A stretch of 63,984 bases of DNA, filler included, from an uncultured bacterium (GCA_964371695.1; 9 parts of 9 records of this genome joined end to end with filler, not necessarily neighbours in it), one strand, 5' to 3'. Shown: positions 23,412 to 33,223, counted from the whole stretch's first letter. Program-made: numbers and translations. Notes: generated by a model not told the origin, from the letters alone.

Positions 23412-24110
23412 TTGCCCATGGCCTGGGTGCTGTTTTTTGGCATGTGGGCGCTGCACTTTGTGGGCTATGGGCTGGAAAGCCGCGCCATGGAGCTTCTCAC
23501 CAAACCCGTGCCCATGGTGGCGCTGATGGGGGTGGTGTGGCGCTTGCAGTCGGGCGGGGGAACCTATGGCCGGTGGATTCTGACCGGTTTTGTTTTTTCG
23601 CTGATGGGCGACGTGGCCCTGATGATGCAGGGCGCTGGCCCCACCGCGCCCAAGATTCTGTTTCTGGCGGGACTGAGTTTTTTTCTGGTGGCCCACCTGT
23701 GTTACATCGCGGCTTTTTCGCAGGGCGACGTGGCCCTGAAGCCGCTGCGGCTGGTTCCTTTTGCCATTTTTGCCATCACCATGGTGTATCTGCTCACCCC
23801 CAATCTGGGGCCGATGCTCGTGCCGGTGTTCATTTACATCACTGTCATCAGCACCATGGTGTGGCGCGCCGCCGCCCGCGTGGGTCACGGCGGCGAAAAC
23901 CTCACGGCCCAATGGTGGGGGCTGGTGGGCGCGCTCAGCTTCATGTCCTCTGACGGCATGATCGCCTGGGAGCGTTTCATGTCGGGCGTGCCCCACGAGC
24001 GTTACGCCATCATGACCACCTACTGGCTGGGTCAGATGGGCATCGCCCTGTCGGTGAACCGGGCCGCAAAAACCCAGCCCGCCACACTGCCGGTGGAAAG
24101 GGAGAGCTGA
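23412..24110 (+). CDS. YhhN/TMEM86 family lysoplasmalogenase-like membrane protein
   Basis: TKPVPM, FSLMGDVAL, FLAGLSFFLVAHLCYI, FMSSDG, TYWLGQ. Confidence 0.88.
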   Translation: MPMAWVLFFGMWALHFVGYGLESRAMELLTKPVPMVALMGVVWRLQSGGGTYGRWILTGFVFSLMGDVALMMQGAGPTAPKILFLAGLSFFLVAHLCYIAAFSQGDVALKPLRLVPFAIFAITMVYLLTPNLGPMLVPVFIYITVISTMVWRAAARVGHGGENLTAQWWGLVGALSFMSSDGMIAWERFMSGVPHERYAIMTTYWLGQMGIALSVNRAAKTQPATLPVERES

Positions 24111-24203
24111 TACCAATTCTCAACCGAAACAGCATTAATACGAATGAAAGGGTCGGTTGGGGAAGGTGTTTGGCGAAGTCAGATGGGTGAAGAGAATTGG
24201 TAT
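24110..24203. mobile_element. ~94-bp MITE with ATACCAATTYTC terminal inverted repeats; copies at 51999-52058 (truncated) and 60732-60826
   Basis: ATACCAATTCTC...GAGAATTGGTAT; near-identical first ~57 nt at 51999; shared CGAAACAGCATTAAT core at 60732. Confidence 0.8.
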
Positions 24204-24380
24204 GAATTCATGGATGAATTCGCTCGAACATTAAGGCCCATAAAGGGCCGCCGATGTTCGCGGCGCAAGCGGGCTTTGCCTGCGCCGCGCCGGGCCGCAG
24301 CCGTTCACGACGAACGGCAAGGCCAATCACAATCCAATGAACATTCCTGCTGTTTTGAATGTTCATTGGTATGAGAAAGC

Positions 24381-24740
24381 TTATTTTTTCCCGCCTGCGG
24401 CGAGTCCTTTTTCACCCTGGGGAGCGTCGCTCCCCAGGTCGGCGAAATTGCCAATCCTCACCGCGCCATCGGGAAACCGAGCGATCACTTCCAGTTCCCC
24501 ACCCATGGCCTCAATGTGGCTGCGCAGTGTGGAAAGATACATGTCGGTGCGCTTTTCGAGCTTGGCGATGGAGGGCTGCTGAACGTGCAGCAATTCGGCC
24601 AGTCTCTTTTGAGACAATCCCCGCGCCTGGCGCAGTTCGTTGAGCGGCATTTCGGCCAGCATGGCGTCTGCCCTGGCCCTGGCGCGGGCCTGAGAGGCGG
24701 GCGGCATTTTGGCGCGCAGTTCAGAAAACTTCTTGGCCAT
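24381..24740 (-). CDS. XRE-family HTH antitoxin (HigA-like)
   Basis: LNELRQARGLSQKRLAELLHVQQPSIAKLEKRTDMYLSTLRSHIEAMGGEL; overlaps toxin 3' end. Confidence 0.92.
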   Translation of the reverse strand: MAKKFSELRAKMPPASQARARARADAMLAEMPLNELRQARGLSQKRLAELLHVQQPSIAKLEKRTDMYLSTLRSHIEAMGGELEVIARFPDGAVRIGNFADLGSDAPQGEKGLAAGGKK

Positions 24741-25272
24741 CAATTTGTCCTTCCTTTCGCAATTGTTCCAGATGTTCGTCATAAAGCCGGTCGGCGAGGG
24801 GCACATGCACGTCATACCACCGGTCGTCGCCTGTTTTGTCACCGCCGATCAAAAGAATGGCCGTGCGTCTTGGGTCGAAAGCGTACAAGGTGCGCAGGGG
24901 ATGGCCCGCTTGTTGTGTACGCAGTTCCCGCATGTGATTGTGCCTGGAACCGTTGATGCCGCTGCTGTGAGAGCCTGTTTATAAAGTAGACAAAAAACTG
25001 ACAAACAGGCTCTTGCGGTCATGGATGACCGCATCCGAAAGCCGAAACATTGAAAATGTTGAGGTTTTCGCCCGCCAAGGGGGCTTCGCCCCCGCCTGCG
25101 GTAAGTTTATAAAGTCCAGGACGGACTTTATAAACAGGCTCTGAGGAAAACCCAGGGCTGGCCCCCTTTCTTCGAGCAGGCGGACAGAGGCGTCAAGGGC
25201 TTCCTGCTCTTCCATGCCCAGTTCCTCCCACCATTGGCCGAATGCGTCGGTGTATTCCACATCCCAGGCCAC
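24721..25272 (-). pseudogene. RelE/HigB (Gp49-like) toxin disrupted by MITE insertion
   Basis: Removing 24971-25144 restores a 125-aa ORF WDVEYTDAF...LGFPHSSGINGSRHNHMRELR...YAFDPRRTAILLIGGDK. Confidence 0.92.
24971..25141. mobile_element. 171-bp MITE with perfect 17-bp TIRs and TGA target duplication
   Basis: GAGCCTGTTTATAAAGT...ACTTTATAAACAGGCTC flanked by TGA at 24968-24970 and 25142-25144. Confidence 0.93.
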
Positions 25273-25378
25273 GGGGCCAGTATACCCTCCAGGGAATATT
25301 CCGTCAAAGGAATGGTGCGCCACTGACGTCCCCCTTCCGAGCCATGCGCCGGGGCATTGATACAATCCCCCCAACACC

Positions 25379-27880
25379 ATGGATACCGCCCCTGTCGCGC
25401 ACTTTGAAACACCTGCCCCGGCAGAAGAAAACACGGCGCGGCTTACCCACTCGCCCCCGTGGCGCAAACCCGCCGCCTGGGGCGGATTTTTTCTGCTGTT
25501 CTGGGCGCTGATGCTCAGCGGCGCGCCCCCTGGTTATTACTGGGGCGACAGCGCCGAGGTGGCCGCCACCAGTTGGTTGTTGAGCAACAGCCACCCCACC
25601 AGTTATCCGCTGTTTGGCCTGCTCATGAAACTGCCGGGTTACTTCCCCGGCCTGTCTCTGGCGTTTGCCCAGAACATCTCGCACCAGTTTCTGATGTGGC
25701 TGGCCCTGTGGCTGCTGGCGGCGGGGGGCGCGCTGTGGGCCGGTCAGCGGGCGGCCCTTTTTTGGGTGGCCACGCTGGGGGCGGGGGGCGCATGGCTGGT
25801 GCAGGCCATGGGGCTGGAGGTGTATTCCCTGTGGATGCCCATGCTGGGGCTGGTGTTTTTCTGGGCCATGCGATGGGTGCGCTGGAACAAACCCACCGCG
25901 CTTCTTGTCGCCATGTTCTGTTTTGGCCTGATGGGCTGGCTGTTTCCGCTGTGTCTGCTGCTGATGCCGCTGGTGATGGGCGTGTGGCTCTGGCGCATCC
26001 GCGAGGTGCGCATGTTTTTCACCGGCGGCGCTGCCGTGGCGCTGGTGCTGCTGGCGCTCACGCTGCCCTCGCTGCCCTATGTGTTCACGGTGCTGCGCTC
26101 GGCGGCGCTGCCGCCCTTCACCTGGGGCATGGCCACCACGCCCCTGGAGCTTTTTCAGCACCTCACCCTTTCGGAATATGGCGTGGGCCTGCCCCAGGCC
26201 GCCAAAGAACTGCCCGAACGTTTTGGCCTGCCCGACGTGGTGCGCCAGTTCGGCCCCTTCTGGGTGGTGGCGCTGGGGCTGCTGATGCTGGGGGTGTGGC
26301 GCGCCAGAGCCAAAAGCCTGTGGCTGCTGCTGGCACTGTTGCCCATTCCCCTGTTCACCCTGGTGATTCACCATGGCGACCCGGCGGCCCTGCGGCTGCC
26401 CGCCCTGCTGGTGTTGTGCGGCGCGGCGGCCTGGGGGGCGGCCCCGTGGCTGGGGCGGCTTTCCGGCGCTGGTTTTGCCGCCGTGGTACTGGTGTGGGGG
26501 GGCCTGCTGGCCAGCTCCGCCACCGACGTATTGATTCCCCACGACAACACCCCCCAGCGTCTGGCCATGGCCACGCTGCGGGGCCTGCCCAGGCGGGCCG
26601 TGCTCATCATGGCGGGCGAGCCGCGCCTGAGCGTGGTGCAGGTGCTGCAAACCCTGCACGGCGTGCGGCCCGACGTGCTGGTGGTGCCCGAAAGCCACCT
26701 GGGCGTGATCTGGACCTACAGACGCCTCAAAAAACAGGCCCCGGAACTGAGATGGCCGGCTTTTCCCGGCACCGGCAAACTGGGTCTGCTGGCGCCGGCC
26801 AACATCCGGTTCCAGACCTATCTGGTGCTGGAAAACATCTATAAACGGCCCTTTTTCTTCACCTATCACTTTCACCATCTGGTGCCGCCGCTGCTGATGC
26901 ACCCCCAGGGCGCGGTCATCTGGGCGCGCAGCACCGGCGACGCCCCGGCCCCGCCCGACTGGCAGGCCGCGCCCCTGCCCACCGTGCTGGGCCGCACCCC
27001 CAGTTCGCTGAGCAAAAAAATCACCGCCCACGTTCACCGGCAGGCGGGCCTGGCCTATCTGGGACAGGGCAGACCCGATCTGGCCATGGAACCCTTTGAG
27101 CAGGCCAACGCCCTGTGGCCGGATGAGCTGGAACAACCCCTGAACCTGGGCACCGTACACAACCAGTTGGCCATGGCCCTGCCCATGGAGGCCACCTCGC
27201 TCCAGCTCAAAACCCTTCAGCACCAGAACGACCAGGGCGATTTTTCGGAACCGCTTTTGCAGAACATGAAAAAACTGGAGCAACAAATGACCGCCATGGG
27301 CAAGCAGCGGGAGGACCACTTCAACCGCGCCCAGGTGTATTACAACGAAGCCCAGGGCCTGGGGGCGCGGGGGCCGGTTTATTACAACCTGGCTCTGCTG
27401 CTGATTGACCGGGCCAAAACCCGCGTGCTGCTCAACCCCGACAAACCCAAGGCCGCCATGAACCTGCTGGACGACGCCGCTGGCCTGCTTAACCGCGCAC
27501 TGGGAGATGTGCAGAGCCGCAACCCCGCCACCCTTCAGGCCCTGGGGTCGGTATATCTGCTGCAAAACCTGCCGCAGGACGCCGAAGACGCCTGGCTTCA
27601 GGCCCTGGAAATGAACCCCGGTTATCTGGGGGCGCGGCGTTCGCTGGTGTCGCTCTATATTTCTCAAAACCGGATGCGCGAGGCGGTGGAAGCCCTGCAA
27701 ACCCTGGAGGCCCTCAGCCCCAACCTGCTGCCCGCCCAGTTGTTCGCCGCCGAGCAATATCTGTATCTGGGGCTGAAGGAGCGGGCCATGCGCTGTTATC
27801 AGCGCCTCACCACCATCGCCCCCTTCCACCCACAGGTGCAGGCCCTGGGCGAGGCCCTGAAGGGCGGAAGTGTTCAGTAA
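25379..27880 (+). CDS. DUF2723/TMEM260-like GT-C membrane glycosyltransferase with C-terminal TPRs
   Basis: YWGDSAEVAA...SHPTSYPLF motif, many TM segments, TPR-like helices. Confidence 0.75.
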   Translation: MDTAPVAHFETPAPAEENTARLTHSPPWRKPAAWGGFFLLFWALMLSGAPPGYYWGDSAEVAATSWLLSNSHPTSYPLFGLLMKLPGYFPGLSLAFAQNISHQFLMWLALWLLAAGGALWAGQRAALFWVATLGAGGAWLVQAMGLEVYSLWMPMLGLVFFWAMRWVRWNKPTALLVAMFCFGLMGWLFPLCLLLMPLVMGVWLWRIREVRMFFTGGAAVALVLLALTLPSLPYVFTVLRSAALPPFTWGMATTPLELFQHLTLSEYGVGLPQAAKELPERFGLPDVVRQFGPFWVVALGLLMLGVWRARAKSLWLLLALLPIPLFTLVIHHGDPAALRLPALLVLCGAAAWGAAPWLGRLSGAGFAAVVLVWGGLLASSATDVLIPHDNTPQRLAMATLRGLPRRAVLIMAGEPRLSVVQVLQTLHGVRPDVLVVPESHLGVIWTYRRLKKQAPELRWPAFPGTGKLGLLAPANIRFQTYLVLENIYKRPFFFTYHFHHLVPPLLMHPQGAVIWARSTGDAPAPPDWQAAPLPTVLGRTPSSLSKKITAHVHRQAGLAYLGQGRPDLAMEPFEQANALWPDELEQPLNLGTVHNQLAMALPMEATSLQLKTLQHQNDQGDFSEPLLQNMKKLEQQMTAMGKQREDHFNRAQVYYNEAQGLGARGPVYYNLALLLIDRAKTRVLLNPDKPKAAMNLLDDAAGLLNRALGDVQSRNPATLQALGSVYLLQNLPQDAEDAWLQALEMNPGYLGARRSLVSLYISQNRMREAVEALQTLEALSPNLLPAQLFAAEQYLYLGLKERAMRCYQRLTTIAPFHPQVQALGEALKGGSVQ

Positions 27881-28064
27881 AGGTTAATCAACCTGTTTTT
27901 CAGGGGATTTTTGATTCTTCAGTGCTGAAATAGGCACTTTTGGAGGCACACCCCCATTTCGTCAGTTTTAGTCCAAACGAACAAGTCTCACCCTGGCGTT
28001 CAGCCCAGGAAAATTTTTGAATTTTGTTTATTTTGCATACCCCTCCCTCTTAAAATCCGCCGTT

Positions 28065-29693
28065 ATGCCGTTTATACCCATGGAAGACAGGGCGCTTTCT
28101 CGCGCCAGCCGCAACACCCTCATGAGCCTGCTTAGGGGCGTGGGCCGCATGGAAGACGACTTCGACCCGCAGGAAGACGTGATTGACGTGTACGTGCAGC
28201 GACTGCACTCAGTGCCCCGCCTGCAACGCTCCTGGGCCAATCTCAACGCCCTGCAAAAGGAAGCCGTCATTTATCTGATGAGTCGCTCCAGCCCTGTGCC
28301 CGAACCCGACTTTCAGACCTGGGCCAAGGCCAACCACAACATCAGAGGCGCAGAACTGAACAAGCTGGTGTCGCAGCTCACCCAGCGGGCCTGGTTGTGG
28401 ACCGTGAGCCAGGAAGAAGACCGGGGTTACTGGATTCCCACGCCCATCCGGGCCTGGTGGGCCAACACCACGCTGGCTTCTGGCGGCACGCTGGAAGGCG
28501 GCGAACATCTCAACGGCTCGTTGTTCACCGATGCGCTCATCCTGTGGTCCATTCTGGAGCAAACCAGTTGCCGGGGCACCGAAGAGCGTCGGGGCGTGCG
28601 GTGGTATAAAAAAGATGTCGAGATTCTGGCGGGGCGGCTTTATCCCGGTGTGCCCACACAAACCACCTGGCTGGCCCGCCAGCGGGTGAGCCTGTTGCTG
28701 GACACGTTTTATCACACCGGCTGGTGGCGGCTGGATGAAAAAGGGTTGTATCCCGCCCAGGACCTGGACATTCATCTGCTCAACCATCATCTGGGAGAGG
28801 CCATTCTCGAAACCCTGTGCGCCCAACGGCTGCAAGGGGCCTTGGGGGGCGTGTTCTGGGCCATTCAGTCGCTGGAAGGCGAAGTGGAACTGAAAAAAAT
28901 CCTGCGCCAACTCGAAGAAAAAAACACCTGGGTGGCGGGCAACCCGCAAGAAGCCCTGGAGCTTTTTGGCGCGGTGGGCGCAGCCCTGGGCTGGAAAATT
29001 TCGGACCTGAGTTTTGAGAGCCTGGAAACCGGCGGCGAGCGCAACATGATGCGCTGGCTTGGCCCCGGCGCCATGCCCGAAACCCGCGCCCCCGGCGTGG
29101 TGCAACCCAATTTCGAAATCCTCATCAGCTCCAAGGCACCCCCCAAGCAACTTTACAAACTGCTGGCCATCAGCCGCCTGAAGGTGAATGACAATTATTT
29201 CACCCTGCATCTCGACCGCGAATATCTGGCCCGCGTGGTGGCCCTGGGCCTGCCGTTTGAACAGATCATGGCCACCCTGGCCGGTGTGGGGCAGCGCGAG
29301 ATTCCCCAGAACGTGGCCTTTACCCTGAAGGACTGGGTGCGCAACACGCTGGTGGCCGACGAAACCAACCACACGCTTTATCTGCCCCCCCTCACCGAAG
29401 TGGGCAAAGACATGCCCTGGCTGAAAGTGGCGGCCAAACTTTTCACCGTGCCCAAAAAAGGCGGCGCGGTAAAGCTGGACGAAAAAATATTCACCAGCGC
29501 TCTCAAACAACTGAACGACCGCCACGGGGCCTCGGTGTTCACCCTGCCCTATCCCGTTGCGGCCCTGAGCAAGATGCGCCCCCTGCTCAGCCCCTGGCGT
29601 CTCACCGAAGACGCCCCCGAAGACCCCCACCACAACAAGCTCAAAGACTTTTTGCGCAAACACCGCTCCGAAACCGTCACCAGCGGCGTGTGA
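28065..29693 (+). CDS. Helicase-associated (XPB/Ssl2 N-terminal-like, Helicase_C_3) domain protein
   Basis: VVQPNFEILI...EIPQNVAFTLKDW segment; no helicase Walker motifs seen. Confidence 0.7.
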   Translation: MPFIPMEDRALSRASRNTLMSLLRGVGRMEDDFDPQEDVIDVYVQRLHSVPRLQRSWANLNALQKEAVIYLMSRSSPVPEPDFQTWAKANHNIRGAELNKLVSQLTQRAWLWTVSQEEDRGYWIPTPIRAWWANTTLASGGTLEGGEHLNGSLFTDALILWSILEQTSCRGTEERRGVRWYKKDVEILAGRLYPGVPTQTTWLARQRVSLLLDTFYHTGWWRLDEKGLYPAQDLDIHLLNHHLGEAILETLCAQRLQGALGGVFWAIQSLEGEVELKKILRQLEEKNTWVAGNPQEALELFGAVGAALGWKISDLSFESLETGGERNMMRWLGPGAMPETRAPGVVQPNFEILISSKAPPKQLYKLLAISRLKVNDNYFTLHLDREYLARVVALGLPFEQIMATLAGVGQREIPQNVAFTLKDWVRNTLVADETNHTLYLPPLTEVGKDMPWLKVAAKLFTVPKKGGAVKLDEKIFTSALKQLNDRHGASVFTLPYPVAALSKMRPLLSPWRLTEDAPEDPHHNKLKDFLRKHRSETVTSGV

Positions 29694-29966
29694 GGAAAAA
29701 GTTGGCGGCTGGAAGCTGGTAAAAGAAAAGATCCCATCGTTCCCTCTCCCCTTTATGGGGAGAAGGGAACAAAGAGAAACGCCCCATCGCCCCGCCGTCA
29801 TTCCTGCGAAGGCGGGAATCCAGTCCAACAAAGGCAAAAAACCTTTTTATTTGGGTAGTGGGGGGGNNNNNNNNNNNNNNNNNNNNNNNNNNNNNNNNNN
29901 NNNNNNNNNNTTAATTAATTAANNNNNNNNNNNNNNNNNNNNNNNNNNNNNNNNNNNNNNNNNNNN

Positions 29967-30695
29967 TTCGGTCATGCCGGTGCCGTCTGTCCACTTGCCG
30001 CCCATCTGAAGCCCCAGTCGGTGCTAGCCGCTTTTTCCGGTGCCGGTGGCCCAGTTCCAGCGGGTTTCATAGGGCCACACACCCCGGCCAAAATCATGCA
30101 CGGCAAAACTGCTGCCCTTTTTGAAGGTGTGGGTTTTGCCCCGATAACACAACACGCCCTCGGCGGGCAGGCAGTTCTGCTTGGAGGTGAACTGGAACTG
30201 GCGGTCGCTCCATGGAATCACCACGTTCAGTGTTTCGTGATCTTTGGGAAAAGTGATGGTGATGCGGGCGGAAAAAGGGTGCCCCTTCAGATCAGGGCAG
30301 GCCGCGTTGAGATAGAGATGACTGCCGGTGTGTTCGTACACCACCGAAAGGCCGCTTTCGGCGAAACTGGCTGTGGCCATCACCGTGGGGGGCATCAACA
30401 CATCCCGTCCCAACGGCGTGATCACCTCTTTGCCATAGTGGCGTTTTTCGTTCAGGTCCACCACCATGGCGGCCCCCAGGGCGGCGAAATCCATGTGGGC
30501 CACCGTGGTGGAGAGATACACCGTGTCGTCCTGCACGCCCCACCAGTTCCATTGTTTTTTGCGCGACCAATGCCCCTTGAGGTTGCAGGTGTGCAGGGGG
30601 TGGCGCGACCAGCCGACAGCGGCGGTGTTCAGGTTGCCCCCGGCGTCGCAAAGCTGCACCGGCTGCGTGATTTCTTTCTCAGGGTTGATGGCCAT
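29967..30695 (-). pseudogene. DUF2804 family protein with in-frame TAG at 30024-30026 (3' end truncated by contig end)
   Basis: VGWSRHP, KQWNWW, FQFTSKQNCLPA, DFGRGVWPY..RWNW; conserved-looking GGKWTDGTGMTE continues in frame after the TAG. Confidence 0.8.
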
Positions 30696-30755
30696 CAGAA
30701 GATTTTATTATTCTTTTTTGGAGTAGGCGCGGCGTCGGTTGTTGTCAGGGTTCTG

Positions 30756-30895
30756 GTAGCCCCGGCGTCTCGCGGGGAGAAAAAAAACCGCCACAGGCGG
30801 CGCCAAACAGACTTTTTTCAAGCGAAAACTTGGAAGAACCTGCATGGTGCGCGCCCCTGGCGCGGCAAATACTCCCGGCGAGACGCCGGGGCTAC
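30756..30895. repeat. REPIN-like inverted doublet GTAGCCCCGGCGTCYCGC...GCGRGACGCCGGGGCTAC (~138-140 bp); copies at 36781-36918 and 39186-39323, half copy at 22356
   Basis: GTAG-led imperfect palindromes in inverted pairs with related spacers. Confidence 0.9.
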
Positions 30896-31008
30896 GTTAA
30901 AAAACCCTTGTCCCTCATCAACTTTTTTCATAAACCTGACAACAAGGGGCGCGGTGTCCACACCGTGCCTACCTGCGAATTGGTATTGAATCAGTCCCAT
31001 TCATCCGG

Positions 31009-31977
31009 TCAGTGTGAAAACCGTTTTTGACCCAGCTTGCTTTTGTTTTTGCGGTTGCGCTGTTCGCTGGCGCGGTGAATGGCTGCGGCGGCCATGCTGC
31101 TCACGCCCATCAGCAGGTTCAGGTCTGACATCTCAAAGGCGCGTTTGTGCGCAGTGGGCAACACCACCACCGCGCCGGTGAACGCCCCACCCACCAGCAG
31201 GGGCGAAATCAGCATCACGTCTTCTTCAAAACCCGACACGAACTGGGGGTTGAACAGTTGTGTCTTGAAATAGTTCTGGAAACCGATGCCTTTTTTCTCT
31301 TGCGTGAGGAACGTCATGAGGGGGTGGCGCTTGGTGAGGGGCGCGCCCAGCACGTCTTTTTCAAACAGCCCCCGCGTGATCTCCACCTGAAAGCGGTCTG
31401 CCAGCGTGTTGTGCAGAATCAGCAGGCCGCGCTCCACGCAGAGCGCCTTGGTGACCACTTCCAGAAAATAGGCGGGAATGTTCTGCATGCCGTCTTCCTT
31501 GCCCAGGGCCAGGCCGATTTCATACAGCACCATCAGCTCTGTGGCGGTGCGCAATTTGCGCTGGGTGATGGTGGAAAAAAGCGCCGAAACAAAACGGATG
31601 GCCAGCAGGGGGTCTTCTTCGAGCAGGGTTTCAAAATCTTCACGGCGCAGCAAAAACAGGCCGGTGTCTTCTTCTGCCAGGGCGGTGGCGCTGCGGGGCG
31701 CGCCGTCCAGCAGCGTCATTTCTCCCACAAAACTGCCGGGTGGCAGCACCGCCAGAGATTTGGCCGTGCCCGCCTGCTGGTCAATGGTCTTGAGCACGCG
31801 GATTTTTCCCGAAGCGATGAAATAAAGCGAATCGCCGGGGTCGCCCTCTCGGAAAACCCGTTTGCCCTTGAGGGCCGCCACGGGGCGTACCTTGGCGGCG
31901 ATGTGGTCAATCTGCTCGTGGCTGAAGGCCGCCAGAGGGGGCAGGCCGCGTAGAAAAGCCGCGGCTGCGCCGCTCAC
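31009..31977 (-). CDS. Cyclic-nucleotide-binding domain + GAF-like domain protein
   Basis: FREGDPGDSLYFIASG, FVGEMTLLDGAPRSATA; C-terminal SPLLVGGAFTGAVVV...FEMSDLNLL. Confidence 0.85.
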   Translation of the reverse strand: MSGAAAAFLRGLPPLAAFSHEQIDHIAAKVRPVAALKGKRVFREGDPGDSLYFIASGKIRVLKTIDQQAGTAKSLAVLPPGSFVGEMTLLDGAPRSATALAEEDTGLFLLRREDFETLLEEDPLLAIRFVSALFSTITQRKLRTATELMVLYEIGLALGKEDGMQNIPAYFLEVVTKALCVERGLLILHNTLADRFQVEITRGLFEKDVLGAPLTKRHPLMTFLTQEKKGIGFQNYFKTQLFNPQFVSGFEEDVMLISPLLVGGAFTGAVVVLPTAHKRAFEMSDLNLLMGVSSMAAAAIHRASEQRNRKNKSKLGQKRFSH

Positions 31978-33029
31978 AGCGCCGCAAGCCTCGACTGGAT
32001 TTCTTCAGGGTTGGTGCTTTTGGCCACGGCGTCTTCTTTGGTGATGAAACCCTTGCGCACGTAATGCACCAGTACTTCATCCATGGGAATCATGCCCAGG
32101 TCGCGGCCCGCTTCGAGGGCCTCATAAACCCGGTGAATTTCTCCATCGCGGATGAGCTTGGAGATGCCCTTGGTGACCAGCATGATTTCGCGTGCGGCGA
32201 TCAGGCCCGGTTTGTCCTGCCGGGGCATGAGCTGCTGCGAGATCACACCCTTGAGGGTGATGGAGAGCTGATAGCGGATCTGTTGCTGCTGATAGGAGGG
32301 AAAGACTTCCACAATGCGCTCGATGGTCTGGGCGGCGTCCAGCGTGTGCAGTGTGGCGAACACCAGGGGCCCGGTCTCGGCGATGGTGAGCACGGACTGA
32401 ATGGTCTCCAGGTCGCGCATTTCGCCCACCAGCAGCACGTCCGGGTCTTGCCGCAGCACGGCCCGCAGGCCGTTGGAAAAGCTGTTGGTGTTCACATGCA
32501 CGGCGCGCTGATGCACCAGAGATTTGTCGTTTTTGAACACGAACTCGATGGGGTCTTCGAGCGTGATGATGTGGGCGCTGCGCTCTTTGTTGATGAGGTC
32601 GATCATGGCGGCCAGCGAGGTGCTTTTGCCGCTGTTGGTGGGGCCTGTCACCAGCACCAGGCCGCGGGGCAGGCGGGCCAGCTTGTAGGCCACTTCGGGC
32701 ATGTAGATTTCCTGCATGTTGGGCGGAACCTTGGGAATCACCCGGATGGCCGCGACGATGCCGAAGTAATAAAAGAACGCGTTGACCCGGAAGCGCCCGT
32801 TCAGCGTGCTGTAGCTGAAGTCCATTTCCTTGTCCTGGCTCAACTGGGTGCGCTGCTCGTTGTTCATCATGGCGAAGATGAGGTTTTTGGTTTCCTCAAA
32901 CTCCAGCGGCGGCATATCCATGTAGGTGAGGCGTTTGTTCACCCGCAGGATGGGCGGTGCGCCACGGGCCAGGTGGATGTCGCTGGCGCCCATGGCGATC
33001 GCCTTTTCAAGGATGTCGTTGATGTTCAA
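31974..33029 (-). CDS. pilT: PilT/PilU family type IV pilus retraction ATPase
   Basis: GASDIHL, RFRVNAF, GPTNSGKST, TLEDPIEF, LRQDPDVLLVGEMRD, ATLHT. Confidence 0.92.
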   Translation of the reverse strand: MNINDILEKAIAMGASDIHLARGAPPILRVNKRLTYMDMPPLEFEETKNLIFAMMNNEQRTQLSQDKEMDFSYSTLNGRFRVNAFFYYFGIVAAIRVIPKVPPNMQEIYMPEVAYKLARLPRGLVLVTGPTNSGKSTSLAAMIDLINKERSAHIITLEDPIEFVFKNDKSLVHQRAVHVNTNSFSNGLRAVLRQDPDVLLVGEMRDLETIQSVLTIAETGPLVFATLHTLDAAQTIERIVEVFPSYQQQQIRYQLSITLKGVISQQLMPRQDKPGLIAAREIMLVTKGISKLIRDGEIHRVYEALEAGRDLGMIPMDEVLVHYVRKGFITKEDAVAKSTNPEEIQSRLAAL

Positions 33030-33223
33030 AACAGATTGGCTCCTGGGGAAGAAAGAACGGGGGTCATTCTAAGTGGGCCAGGGGACAAAGTAAAAGCGTG
33101 TGGCACGGCCGTGCGCGTAGCCGTTCCCGGTCACATCGACGGCATTGGACGAACCAAAAAAACCTGTTGGAAAATGCTTCGCTGCTGTCATAGACTTCAG
33201 CGAATTTCACCCGGGAGGTTTCC

